Source: an uncultured Verrucomicrobiae bacterium
GTDB lineage: Bacteria; Verrucomicrobiota; Verrucomicrobiia; Limisphaerales; Palsa-1400
Direction of reading: 5' to 3'
Length of the DNA stretch: 64,000 bases
Assembly (NCBI GenBank): GCA_963764165.1
Contig: CAVXRD010000002.1
Location: forward strand, 2,944,001 to 3,008,000
Below are positions 41,078-50,541 of this stretch, in pieces; positions within the stretch are counted from its first letter, which is position 1, and each line of letters opens with the position of its first letter. The position numbers were made by a program, and so were the translations under genes. Below the pieces are notes generated by a model, which did not search any database, was not told where the DNA came from, and was given only the letters and a program-made list of their open reading frames with translations.

Positions 41078-41232
41078 TCCCTCGCCCCGCGCAGCGGGGA
41101 GAGGGTTAGGGAGAGGGGCGGTTAGGCAACGACTGAAATCCATCGGCCCTCAATGCGCCTGGCCTCTCCGAGTTCTAATGAGTTGCCCCTCTCTCCTTCT
41201 CTCTCCCCGCCAAGCTTGGCGGGGTGAGAGCG
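41078..41232. repeat. CCCTC(G/T)CCCC...GGGGAGAGGG palindromic repeat pair
   Basis: ccctcgccccgcgcagcggggagagggttagggagagggg and cccctctctccttctctctccccgccaagcttggcggggtgagag. Confidence 0.6.
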
Positions 41233-41330
41233 ATCACTTGTCGACCTGCCGAGCTTTTGGCAGAAGTCCGCCCTCACAAAAACTGAGATGCGCCCTCATG
41301 CCAGACCGATTTTTGGGAGTCTAAAAAACA

Positions 41331-41380
41331 GGTGACATTTGGTGACATTTGGTGACATTTGCTGGGATTAGGTGACATTG
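41331..41380. repeat. Four 10-bp GGTGACATT(T/G) units in phase
   Basis: Units at 41331, 41341, 41351 and 41371. Confidence 0.9.
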
Positions 41381-41469
41381 GAGTCTGCTGGAGCTTATTG
41401 ACCAATGACAGGCTGACGATCTCAAAACCTGCGTTTTGGGCGGGCATGCATACATACCCCCCTAAAAAG

Positions 41470-41628
41470 CCGTCACACCCGTCACAACGTTGTCAATCAA
41501 GCACTTAGTCCGTCACAAATGCCGACACAAACCCTCACACAGAGCCGTCACAAAAGTAGGCGCCGATCTCGGCAGGGCGAAACTCCGTTGAGCCGTGAAA
41601 TAATATTCTGTGACGGCTTGTGACGGCC
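41470..41628. other. Iteron-like GTCACA/TGTGAC cluster with an IHF consensus; putative origin
   Basis: GTCACA at 41472, 41481, 41512 and 41547; inverted TGTGAC at 41609 and 41619; AATCAAGCACTTA at 41495-41507 matches WATCAANNNNTTR. Confidence 0.6.
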
Positions 41629-41924
41629 TTAACCATCGCAGCGACAATGGAAATTGCCGGGAAGGTCTTAAACAGAAGGACACGAAGCGCACGAAGGGGG
41701 AACAAAAGTCCGCCCTACGGTGCATCTGGCCTTCCTTCGTGTGCTTTGTGTCCTTCTGTTGGCTCTTCCGTGTTTGGTCCCCAGACAAAATCAGTTTCCA
41801 GTGCAATCCGCCCTCCTTCGTTTTCTTTGTTTGCTTCTGTTAAATCCCGTTTTTGGTCGGTTCCGTTAGATTCCATGTTGCTTGGACAGCGGATGTCCAA
41901 CCGCAAGGCTCAATATCCACACCC

Positions 41925-43430
41925 ATGAACGAACTAGAACCGGAACAAATGCCGACACAAACTCAAACCGAAATCCAATTGCCAGCCGGGGTTCAACCCC
42001 CGCCAGATCTGTCAACCGCCGTCCCGCCGCAAATCAAACCCCGCTTCGAACCGCCCGCGCCCGTCCGCCGCTCGTGGGTTGCGGTGACCCGGCCTTGGCC
42101 GGAGCCGGTAGATGGCGGGTTGCTGCTTGACGAATTATCCCAGTTACTGGCGCGCTTTGTCGTCCTGCCGCCGCACGCGGCTGATACGCTCGCGCTGTGG
42201 ATTGTTCATAGTTACGCCTTTGAATTTCGCGACGTCACCGCTTATCTCGGCATCGAATCGCCCGAGAAACGCTGCGGAAAAACCACCCTGCTATCCGTTT
42301 TGAACGAGCTGGTCAGCCGCCCCATCGCCGCCGCCAACGTCAGCGCCCCGGCCTTTTTCCGCGTCATTGAAGAAGCTCGCCCGACTCTGCTCATCGACGA
42401 AGCCGACACGTTCCTGGAAGGCAACGACGGCCTGCGCGGCATTTTGAATTCCGGTTACACCCGCAACACCGCCTTCGTCATGCGCGTCGGCTTCCAGGAC
42501 AGCAAGGAAACGATGGCTTCGGCGACGAACACCGGCGGCAGTTTATGCATAAACGTGGCCACGACCTCGGACGCCTCGGGCGGAAGTTCCGCCTCCCGGA
42601 TGCGTCCCTGCCTCGAAGAGGAAACGAAGAGCGGCGCGGCTAGCCGGCTCGCCCGCTATTCCTGCTGGTGCCCCAAAGTGATGGCCACCATTGGCCGATT
42701 GCCGGAAACATTGGCCGACCGCTGCATTGTTATCCGAATGCAGCGCAAATCCAAATTCGAGCGATGCGAGCGAGTGCGGGACATCGATCGCGCCGCAGCC
42801 GCCCGGCTGCGCCAGCAATGCCTCCGCTTCGCCTACGACCACGCCGAAGCCATCACCGCCGCCAAGCCCGCTGTCCCCGCCGAGTTGAACGACCGCGCCG
42901 CCGACATCTGGGAACCGCTCCTGGCCCTGGCCGACCTTGCCGGAGGCGAATGGCCCGAGCGCAGCCGCCGCGCCGCCGAGAATCTGGGGGGCTGCGGCGA
43001 ACTCCACGGCCCCACCGCCTCGCTGCTGGCCGATCTTCTCATCCATTTCACCGAGTTCGAGAACCCCGCCACTTTCAGCCGCGAAGTCGTCGGATACTTG
43101 AACCGGCAGATCCAGGAAAACCAATCCCGCCCATGGATGGCCTTGCGAACAAAAAAGGAAATCGACGAACTATGGCTGTCGCGCCAGCTTGCCCCCTACG
43201 GCCTCCGCCCCCGCACCGTGCGATTTGGCGGAACCACCGCCAAAGGATATGTGAAAGAAGATTTCACCGAAGTCTTCCGCCGCTACGTCCCCAAATCCGC
43301 CGTGGACGAAGTGTTTCAGAGGCCGGTGGAGGAGGGGGAAGAGCCGATGCCGGAGGCATCCCGTCCTATAACCGATGAGCCAACGGAGCGCGGTTGTGTC
43401 GAAGACCAACCGCAGCCATGTCAAAAATAG
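41925..43430 (+). CDS. DUF3631 P-loop protein (satellite/ICE replication helicase-like), no primase domain
   Basis: ALWIVHSY, Walker A SPEKRCGKTT, Walker B LLIDEAD, ILNSGY, TLADR, RAADIWEPLLALAD, TAKGY. Confidence 0.85.
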   Translation: MNELEPEQMPTQTQTEIQLPAGVQPPPDLSTAVPPQIKPRFEPPAPVRRSWVAVTRPWPEPVDGGLLLDELSQLLARFVVLPPHAADTLALWIVHSYAFEFRDVTAYLGIESPEKRCGKTTLLSVLNELVSRPIAAANVSAPAFFRVIEEARPTLLIDEADTFLEGNDGLRGILNSGYTRNTAFVMRVGFQDSKETMASATNTGGSLCINVATTSDASGGSSASRMRPCLEEETKSGAASRLARYSCWCPKVMATIGRLPETLADRCIVIRMQRKSKFERCERVRDIDRAAAARLRQQCLRFAYDHAEAITAAKPAVPAELNDRAADIWEPLLALADLAGGEWPERSRRAAENLGGCGELHGPTASLLADLLIHFTEFENPATFSREVVGYLNRQIQENQSRPWMALRTKKEIDELWLSRQLAPYGLRPRTVRFGGTTAKGYVKEDFTEVFRRYVPKSAVDEVFQRPVEEGEEPMPEASRPITDEPTERGCVEDQPQPCQK

Positions 43431-43498
43431 CACATTTCGAGCATCCATGAGCGGCGATTGCTCCAAGCGCTGCGGCTGGTCTTCGACACAGCCGCGCT
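43385..43498. repeat. REP family 2 inverted pair overlapping the DUF3631 3' end
   Basis: ggagcgcggttgtgtcgaagaccaaccgcagc ... gctgcggctggtcttcgacacagccgcgct. Confidence 0.88.
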
Positions 43499-43504
43499 TG
43501 ACAT

Positions 43505-43741
43505 CTATAAATCGTCCCCGGGTTCTGGCGGGACATTTGGAATTTTGGCCATTGCGGCTTCGAATTTTTCGCGGCTGCCGCGTTGCGCGCGCTGCTCCAA
43601 CTCCCTGAAATCCTCGCAGGCGCGGGCGAGCTCTTCGAGCTTTCGCAGCGCAAAAACATTCACCGATTGATGGTCGTGAGACGCCAGACTTTCCAGCTTC
43701 TCGTAAACGTCATCGGGCATGTTCAATTCAATGGCTTTCAT
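43505..43741 (-). CDS. Ribbon-helix-helix antitoxin (HicB/CopG-like)
   Basis: IELNMPDDVYEKLESLA..DHQSVN.F and RAQRGSREKF....AKIPNVPPEPGD. Confidence 0.8.
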   Translation of the reverse strand: MKAIELNMPDDVYEKLESLASHDHQSVNVFALRKLEELARACEDFRELEQRAQRGSREKFEAAMAKIPNVPPEPGDDL

Positions 43742-43743
43742 TT

Positions 43744-43830
43744 CTATTCGCCTATCAATTTGAGCAGTTCCGCGGGCTTAATGATTTCGATGCCGAAATC
43801 CAAGGCCGCACGGACGTGCCGCTCGTTGAA
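43744..43830 (-). pseudogene. 3' remnant of a PIN-family toxin
   Basis: Minus strand reads FNERHVRAALDFGIEIIKPAELLKLIGE*, a typical PIN-toxin C-terminus directly upstream of the antitoxin; 5' part missing. Confidence 0.6.
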
Positions 43831-43911
43831 GGATTACCATAAATTACCGTCGCAAAGACATCTCAGCTCAATTTCTTCTTGTCAACCAATTTCTGATTTT
43901 ATAATTTTGTC

Positions 43912-44730
43912 ATGATGGCTAACGACACTGAACTGCAAAGGCAATTGGATATTGAATACTCCATCCTAAGACTTCGGCTTTTCGCTGGCGCGGCATCCGT
44001 AAAGGCCTTAATGTCCATGATGTTCTTGGGCTTAGCGTCCTCCGCGTCTCGGTCCCTCTCGCAAGCCAAGGCTTTTGCGGCTTTGGCCAATCCAACAGTT
44101 GAGCAAAAGAAGGATTATGAATTGATTCGGCTTATGAACAGTTCGGTTTCTGAACCGGCCATTGCAGGGGCGGAAGCAGCGACGATAATCTATGCTCATG
44201 CAATCTTGGACGCTGTGCTTTGTGGATTGTGCCGCCTCTCAGCAAAAATAGACCCAAGTCCCTGGGCCGCATTTCTAGAAAAAAAGCAGATCACTCTCCT
44301 CGACGCAAAGTCTTCGCGCATTAGCGACTTAGAGAATAAACTTATCGAACACTACCTCGGACAACTTGAGCGGGAATCATTGCTGTCAAAAAGCGATGTG
44401 TTGTTCAAAGTCATAAAACCGAAGTCCGCACGAGGCACCAAGAAAGGGTTTAAATTCTCACGGCAGAGGCTCGAAGAGTTGGATCGTCTTCGCCATGGCA
44501 TTGTTCACGGACTAAATTTTCAATGCCGCCTCAAACGCGCAGAAGCAAAATGCGATTATCTATTGAATACTGGCCAATTCTTCATGTCATTGGTGGCGAA
44601 ACATCATAATATCCCAACAAGATCTGAAGACTTAGAAGAAAAGGTGAGGGACGCGGTCGAAATGGTAGCTCTAAGGTGGGAAGCCGTCGATTCGATGGAA
44701 ACTACTCCTTCGACCAACCCGAATTCGTGA
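43912..44730 (+). CDS. Hypothetical protein with a HEPN-like RxxxxH motif
   Basis: Helical protein with LDRLRHGIVHG; visibly AT-richer than the backbone. Confidence 0.6.
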   Translation: MMANDTELQRQLDIEYSILRLRLFAGAASVKALMSMMFLGLASSASRSLSQAKAFAALANPTVEQKKDYELIRLMNSSVSEPAIAGAEAATIIYAHAILDAVLCGLCRLSAKIDPSPWAAFLEKKQITLLDAKSSRISDLENKLIEHYLGQLERESLLSKSDVLFKVIKPKSARGTKKGFKFSRQRLEELDRLRHGIVHGLNFQCRLKRAEAKCDYLLNTGQFFMSLVAKHHNIPTRSEDLEEKVRDAVEMVALRWEAVDSMETTPSTNPNS

Positions 44731-44842
44731 AAGCTCAATTGAACATAATCACATCTACGATGCGGCAACAGGTCGCGAATCAAGGGCGAATAATTATGCA
44801 ATCGTACTGGAATGCCCCATTTCCGGTGTGGGGATCTGATAT

Positions 44843-45760
44843 ATGAGTGAGTGGACCAAACAACGCCTCGACGAAATGATAGCTGACTGCGTGGAGGAAA
44901 GCTTCTCTCTCGATTACAAGCGGGCTGACTCACTTGCTAAGTCGGACGGCAAGAAACGGGAAGTTACGAAGGATGTTGCATCTTTTGCAAACTCAGCGGG
45001 CGGTATTCTGATTTACGGCATTGCCGAATACGAAGATGAGCCACGCAAACACAGACCGGAACGGATCGATGCTATTGTGCGGGACGACATTTCAAAAGAG
45101 TGGCTTGACCAGGTAATTCAAACAATTCAACCGCGAATCGACGGAGTCATCATCCATCCGGTCACAATTTCTGAGTCTAACAACACTGTCTGTTACGTGG
45201 TCGAAGTGCCGCAGTCGCACACGGCACACATGGCACGCGACCACCGATATCATAAGCGTCTCAATTTCACCACGGCAGAAATGGAGGATTATGAGGTTAG
45301 AGATGTAATGGCTCGCCGAAGCCGACCGAAGGTCAGAGCGTCCTTGTTCATTAACAAGCGAGCTGATCGCTTTAAACCGGAAGGGCTTATATTGGTCAAG
45401 GTGGAGAATTACGGGAGTATTCTCGTGAGAGACTTTATGATTGAACTGGAGATACCGTACGATGTGGGCGGGCTAATCCATGTCGAACATCCCATGACTT
45501 GCGGCCAAGACAAGGATGGTGATTTCTATCGGGTTAGAATGACGCCCGAGTATCCCGCACCGCCGTTATTTCCGATGTCCAATAAGACACTCCTACGCAA
45601 GATTTATACTGACGTGCAGATTCATACCTTAGATAATCATCCGATAAAGGCCCGCCCATATTTAGGCGTAGGTGTTTTCGCTGACGAGATGCCGCCTATT
45701 CGCGCCAAATTAGCGTTGGCCGCTGTGCTCGCAGGATGGACTGATGTTCAAAGACCATAG
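44843..45760 (+). CDS. Schlafen/AlbA_2 domain protein with a beta-rich C-terminal domain
   Basis: EESFSLDYK, KDVASFANSAGGILIYGI.E, IQPRI, H....RY.KR. Confidence 0.88.
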   Translation: MSEWTKQRLDEMIADCVEESFSLDYKRADSLAKSDGKKREVTKDVASFANSAGGILIYGIAEYEDEPRKHRPERIDAIVRDDISKEWLDQVIQTIQPRIDGVIIHPVTISESNNTVCYVVEVPQSHTAHMARDHRYHKRLNFTTAEMEDYEVRDVMARRSRPKVRASLFINKRADRFKPEGLILVKVENYGSILVRDFMIELEIPYDVGGLIHVEHPMTCGQDKDGDFYRVRMTPEYPAPPLFPMSNKTLLRKIYTDVQIHTLDNHPIKARPYLGVGVFADEMPPIRAKLALAAVLAGWTDVQRP

Positions 45761-45929
45761 GAGCAAAGAGGGCGTCAGACCAACATAATCACATATTTTC
45801 GACCGAAAGCCCATGGGTGAATGGCGTCATGGCGCGGCACTGGCACGCCCTCCCGATGTGCGGTTCGCATGAATGTCGGTCCCGGTGGTATCGCTTAGCA
45901 GGCTTCGCTCAACCACCGGCTATTGGCTT

Positions 45930-46395
45930 TGAGTCCTCCGGCAAGGGCAATTGAGATCGGTAGGCCGCGGATTGACGCAGATCAGCGCAGATTTTTTCTG
46001 AAAAGGGCCGATGAAGCGGTGCGGGTCCGAACCATCTCAGCAGCCCCGTGCAGGGGCGGAATCGTTGTAGAAATCCAACCCAACCACTACTTCCAAGCTC
46101 CGTCCAGGAGCGGCATCGTCAACCGGCTGGCATGCGTTGGCCGCCTGTATGCGCGGAATGTGTCGCACCCTACGGGGCTTGGGCCTTTTACTTCGTGGTT
46201 GCTACAAATATGCCGTGCCGAACGGCACTCACCGGCCATGGTGTTTTGACAATTCCATCATCTGGATTGATTTCATCTGCGTCCATCTGCGTGAATCTGC
46301 GGCTAATTCAATCATTGGCGATCATTTGAGAATGCCATTCGCTTGACCTCGACTTTGCTTGCCAAAACGATCGTATTCGCCGAAGGTTTAAACGC
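45930..46395. repeat. Long composite non-coding repeat, copy 1
   Basis: Aligns with 46930-47250; its 3' part aligns with 50311-50541. Confidence 0.85.
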
Positions 46396-46641
46396 ATGAG
46401 CATTGCCGCTGAGAAAATGGCCGAGGTCCTGGCCTTGCCGGAACAAGATCGGGCGTTCCTCGCCCGACAACTTATCGCCAGCCTCGACGACAGTTTTGAC
46501 GCTGATGCGGAGACGCAGTGGCAGGAGATCATTGATCGGCGGTCCCGGGAAATCGAGGAAGGCAAAGTCAACTGCCGTCCGGTGGAGCAGGTTATCCAAG
46601 ACATCCGCGATAAGATTCATGCGAGTCGTCAGCCATCCTGA
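46396..46641 (+). CDS. Addiction module antitoxin (TIGR02574-like)
   Basis: LALPEQDRAFLARQLIASLD...W.EII.RR..EI.EG. Confidence 0.88.
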   Translation: MSIAAEKMAEVLALPEQDRAFLARQLIASLDDSFDADAETQWQEIIDRRSREIEEGKVNCRPVEQVIQDIRDKIHASRQPS

Positions 46642-46918
46642 AGCCGATCAGGAACTGGAGGCGGCGGCGTTGTGGTATGAGGAGCGCCAACCGGGATTGG
46701 GCGAGGACTTTCTTGATGAGTTTGAACGGACGCTGGGACAGATCGTGGCCGCGCCGGAGCGCTCTCGGAAAATTTTGGGTGACAATCGAAAGCTCAACCT
46801 CGACCGCTTTCCCTTCGCCATCGTTTACAGTGCGCGTGACGACGTGCTGTATATCAAAGCCGTCACGCATTTGCACCGCCGTCCGTTTTATTGGACGCGC
46901 CGCCAGACCTCAAACTAA
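46619..46918 (+). CDS. RelE/ParE-family toxin
   Basis: HPEADQELEAAALWYEERQPGLG..F, RFPFAIVY, AVTHLHRRPFYW. ATG at 46619. Confidence 0.9.
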   Translation: MRVVSHPEADQELEAAALWYEERQPGLGEDFLDEFERTLGQIVAAPERSRKILGDNRKLNLDRFPFAIVYSARDDVLYIKAVTHLHRRPFYWTRRQTSN

Positions 46919-46929
46919 AGGCAGGCTTG

Positions 46930-47404
46930 GAGCCTCCGGCGTCAGCGGCAATTGCGAGCGGCAGGCCGCAGATTGACGCGGATCAACGCAGATTTTTTCT
47001 GAAAACGGCCGATGAAGCGGTGCGGGTCCGAGCCGGGTCAGCAGCCCCGTCCAGGGGCGGAATCTTTGTAGAAAGCGAACCCTCCCATAACTTCCAAGCT
47101 CCGTCCAGGAGCGGCATCGTCAACCGGCTTGCATTGGCCTTTTGTGTGCGCGAAAGGTGTCGCACCCTACGGGGCTTGGCACTTTTACTTCGTGGTTGCT
47201 ATAAATATGGCGTGCCTAACGGCACTCACCGGCCACGGCGCTTCGACGACTCGATCTCAGTGCTCACCCGCTTCCAATCACACGCCGCTCGACCAACCGG
47301 CCTGTTAAATTCGAGGAAATTTGGGCGAACGCGCAGGTCCGCCCTACCGAATTAAGGTATGGCGGACCTGCGTCGCCGCCCACTAATTTTCCGCCGCTTT
47401 GCGC
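46930..47404. repeat. Long composite non-coding repeat, copy 2
   Basis: Shares its 5' part with copy 1 and its 3' part with copy 3. Confidence 0.85.
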
Positions 47405-47530
47405 CCCCTATTGGCCGCAGGTCCAAGCCAGGAATTCTTCCGGATCTCACCCACTTCCATTCACACTTCGCTAAATCAAATGTCGTCATGACATATTGAA
47501 GGAACGGGCGGCTTTTGCTAAATTGACATC

Positions 47531-48280
47531 GTGCGAACTATCTGGATGGCGGTTTTGGCTTTAAGCGTCATGCTTGTGGCTGGTTGCGCCTCGCAGCTTG
47601 GCCGCGATCAGGACCTCCAAACTTTACCCGACAGACTGCCTTCTGCTTCATTTCCAGATCATTTCAAAGTCGACCCGTATATCGCCGCTGCGCAGCAGCT
47701 CCAGAAAATGGGGCGGAAGGCGGCGGCGAGGCAGTTGATGGAGTGGGCAGATGGCTGGGCGATTACGCTCGGACGACGGCCGCTGCAGCGGCTTGCGGCG
47801 CCGGGCGAGCAGCGTTGGCAATCTTCACCTTCCACGGAGGTTTCGATGCCCAAAAAATTGAGCATCGATGACGAAGTCAAGATTTATGTGTTGTGCCGGA
47901 TGCTGTTTGTCGCGCGCCCGGGTTCGAGATTCGACCCTCCTTTTTTTGGTGATCCTGCATTCATGGGAATACACGGGCCCACGCGACCGTTGACAAACGG
48001 GTTCGGAAGCTTTGACTTTCCTTTGTGGCCTCTATGCCCAATCGAAATTGTTGACGGAGTGCCATTTCTCATCACCCAAGGTTATGTAAGGGAAGGCTTT
48101 ATTGATCCGATTGAAGTCGAGATGTACGTGAAATACTGCCTCAAGTATTGTGATTGGTCCCCGGTTCAATTCTCTCCCAAGACCGGGGAGCAAAAGACAG
48201 CCGCTATGGAAAAACTTCTCGCATCGCCAAACTTCAGAGGGGCGCATGCGCGCGAGTATTTGCGTGCCGAAATCGAATGA
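47531..48280 (+). CDS. Hypothetical lipoprotein
   Basis: LVAGC lipobox; 249-aa ORF between repeat copies. Confidence 0.75.
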   Translation: MRTIWMAVLALSVMLVAGCASQLGRDQDLQTLPDRLPSASFPDHFKVDPYIAAAQQLQKMGRKAAARQLMEWADGWAITLGRRPLQRLAAPGEQRWQSSPSTEVSMPKKLSIDDEVKIYVLCRMLFVARPGSRFDPPFFGDPAFMGIHGPTRPLTNGFGSFDFPLWPLCPIEIVDGVPFLITQGYVREGFIDPIEVEMYVKYCLKYCDWSPVQFSPKTGEQKTAAMEKLLASPNFRGAHAREYLRAEIE

Positions 48281-48295
48281 CGGCTTCGGCCTTGA

Positions 48296-48593
48296 GGAGT
48301 GGAATCTTTGTAGAAATGGAACTAACCCCATACTGCGGAATCGTCAATCGGCTCGGGTTGCCGTTATGTGCGGAATGTGTCGCGACCCTACGGGGCTTGG
48401 GACTCTTACTCCGTGGTTGCTACAAATATAGCGTGCCTAAAGGCACTCACCGGCCACGACGTTTCGACGACTCGATCTCAGCGCTCACCCGCTTCCAATC
48501 ACCCCGCGCTCGACCAACCGGCCTGCAAAATTGGATGAAATTTGGGCGGACACGCAGGTCCGCCCTACCAAAGTAAGGTAGGGACGCCTCGCA
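48296..48593. repeat. Long composite non-coding repeat, copy 3 (interrupted by the IS)
   Basis: Aligns with 47050-47360. Confidence 0.85.
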
Positions 48594-50276
48594 GAGACTG
48601 TCTCAAAACGTTTTAGTCTGGCCGATCTGGTTATATGGGCACCAATAGGGGCTGTGGAAACGGGTGTCAACTTTTAGTTGTCAGAGCGTGGCTGGCGTCA
48701 GCGATGACGCCAAGCTTCCCTTTCCCTCCTTTTTTAGGCCGCCATCGCCAAATTTCCTTCAACCGCGGCGGTTTTGACTTCCATTTTCGGCGTCTGGACC
48801 CGGGCCTGCCACTTTTTATAGAGGATTCGCAGGTTCAAGGTGGCGCATAACAAGGCCCATTGGGCTTGCACGGCTTCCAGACCCCAAACTGTCCAACGCC
48901 GAAAGCCGTCGTGTTGCTTGAGCTGCCCAAACCGGCGTTCGATGATCTCTTTGCGCTTTCCATAAAGCGCGGCGGGTCCTGGCTCTTGCAGCCGGGCCCG
49001 CATGGCTTGCACCAGCGTGGTGTGCGGCCACACTTCGACTTGCCGCCCTTTGGGATCGCGGCTGCAGAGGGCGCGCACGGGACAGTCTCGGTGATGGCAG
49101 CGGAAGCGCTCAACGGTCTGGCCTTTCTTGGTGGTCTGGCCTTCGTGGTCCAGAAGGCGCTCTTGCGGGCAGGTGACGGTGTGGGCCGCCTCGTCATAAT
49201 GAAAATGCTGCGTCGCGTAGGCGTTGTCGTGGGCTGGCTTGCCCTCCGCCGGCGGGGCCAGCACATTCATCTGCTGTTCCACGGCCGCTTTCAAGTCGGC
49301 CCCGCCCCCATAGCCGGCGTCGGCGGCGGTGAGGGTTGGAATGGCCGCCGGACCGAGGTTTTGCCTCGCTTCTTCAATCATGGGGACCAGCTGGCCGGCG
49401 TCGGTTTCCTGGCGGGTGGCTTGACAGGCGACCATGATGCCCTCCTGGCTGTCGGCCACCGCCTGGGCGTTGTAGGCAAAGCGGTTGGTGTCGCCGACTT
49501 TCATCCGGCGCGCCTCCGGTTCGGCTGGATGGTAATGGTGGCGCCCGTCGGCCTGCAGCTGGGCCAGGCCTTTTTTGATTTCCTCGCGCAGGGCCTGGCG
49601 CTGGGCCAACCCGGCGGGCAGCCGGCAGCCCGGTGCGCTGGAATCCTGGTTCTCCGCCACGACTTTGAGCTCGATTTCCTCCAAGGCGCCATCCAGCTGG
49701 GCCAGGAGCTTCTCCATGTAAACCTTGCTCCAGCCCTGCGGCCCGCTGCAGGCGGCTTGAATCTTGGTGCCGTCCAACGCTTGCAAGGCAAATCCCACCG
49801 CCCCGGTGCGGAGGGCCAGCTGCACGGTTTGCTTGAAAACCTGGCGCAGGGCCTTTTTGTTTCCGTCCCAGAACCGCCAGAGGCTGTTGTGGTCGGGGGC
49901 GTTGAGCCCCGTCAGCCACAGCAGCGAGACATGCTCCGTGCAGGCGGTTTCCAGCTTGCGGGTGGAGCGAATGCGGTGGAAATAACCGTAAAGCCAAATC
50001 TTGAGCAGGAGGCTGGGGGCATAGGGCGGACGGCCTTCGGCGGCGGCGGGAATGACAAACCCAAGCTGGGGCAGATCCAACTGGTCGACAAATTCGCGCA
50101 GGAAGCGGGCGGGATGGTCGGCGGACACCCAGTCCTCCAGGGCGGGCGGGAGGAGGAACTGCTGTCCGTAATCAGGGGCAATCGGTTGAGCCATATTTGT
50201 TGAACGGCATTGTCAACTAAAGGCTCACATATTGTCAAATACATTCCTCAAAAAACAGAAGTTTTGAGACAATCTC
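48594..50276 (-). mobile_element. IS1182-family insertion sequence
   Basis: Terminal IRs GAGACTGTCTCAAAAC (48594) and GTTTTGAGACAATCTC (ending 50276), 15/16 match, enclosing the transposase. Confidence 0.9.
48734..50194 (-). CDS. IS1182-family DDE transposase
   Basis: QQFLLPP, GRPPY.P.LLLKIWLYGY, PDH, LDGTKI, YNAQ, ADAGY, R...IE..FG.LK. Confidence 0.95.
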   Translation of the reverse strand: MAQPIAPDYGQQFLLPPALEDWVSADHPARFLREFVDQLDLPQLGFVIPAAAEGRPPYAPSLLLKIWLYGYFHRIRSTRKLETACTEHVSLLWLTGLNAPDHNSLWRFWDGNKKALRQVFKQTVQLALRTGAVGFALQALDGTKIQAACSGPQGWSKVYMEKLLAQLDGALEEIELKVVAENQDSSAPGCRLPAGLAQRQALREEIKKGLAQLQADGRHHYHPAEPEARRMKVGDTNRFAYNAQAVADSQEGIMVACQATRQETDAGQLVPMIEEARQNLGPAAIPTLTAADAGYGGGADLKAAVEQQMNVLAPPAEGKPAHDNAYATQHFHYDEAAHTVTCPQERLLDHEGQTTKKGQTVERFRCHHRDCPVRALCSRDPKGRQVEVWPHTTLVQAMRARLQEPGPAALYGKRKEIIERRFGQLKQHDGFRRWTVWGLEAVQAQWALLCATLNLRILYKKWQARVQTPKMEVKTAAVEGNLAMAA

Positions 50277-50541
50277 TGCGTCGCCGCCCACTAGTTTTCC
50301 TCCGCTTTGCGCGCGGAATATGCCGCACCCTGCCGGGCTTGGCACTTTTACGTCGTTGCTACAAATATGGCCTGCCGAATGGCACTCAGCGGCCACGGCG
50401 TTTTGACAATTCCATCATGAGGATTGATTTTATCTGCGTTAATCTGCGGCTACTACCATCAATGACGATCTTCTGAGAAAGCCATTGGCTTGGTCTCGAC
50501 TTTGCTTGCCAAGACGATCGTATTCGCCGATGGTTAAACGC
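50277..50541. repeat. Long composite non-coding repeat, copy 4
   Basis: Continues the copy-2-type sequence after the IS, then matches 46151-46395. Confidence 0.85.

Noticed and set aside
43879..43905. TTGTCA...TATAAT sigma70-like promoter before the HEPN-like gene
   Set aside because: The spacer is only 15 bp in an AT-rich stretch; too weak to call.
45923..48576. Similar small ORFs at 45923, 46891 and 48154
   Set aside because: Translations of the non-coding repeat; frames and stops are not conserved between copies.
48860..50203. 447-aa plus-strand ORF in the IS
   Set aside because: Antisense shadow of the IS1182 transposase.
45930..50541. CRISPR array or classical integron interpretation of the repeats
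   Set aside because: Units are far too long and irregularly spaced for CRISPR, and there are no cas genes, no intI and no canonical attC ends.
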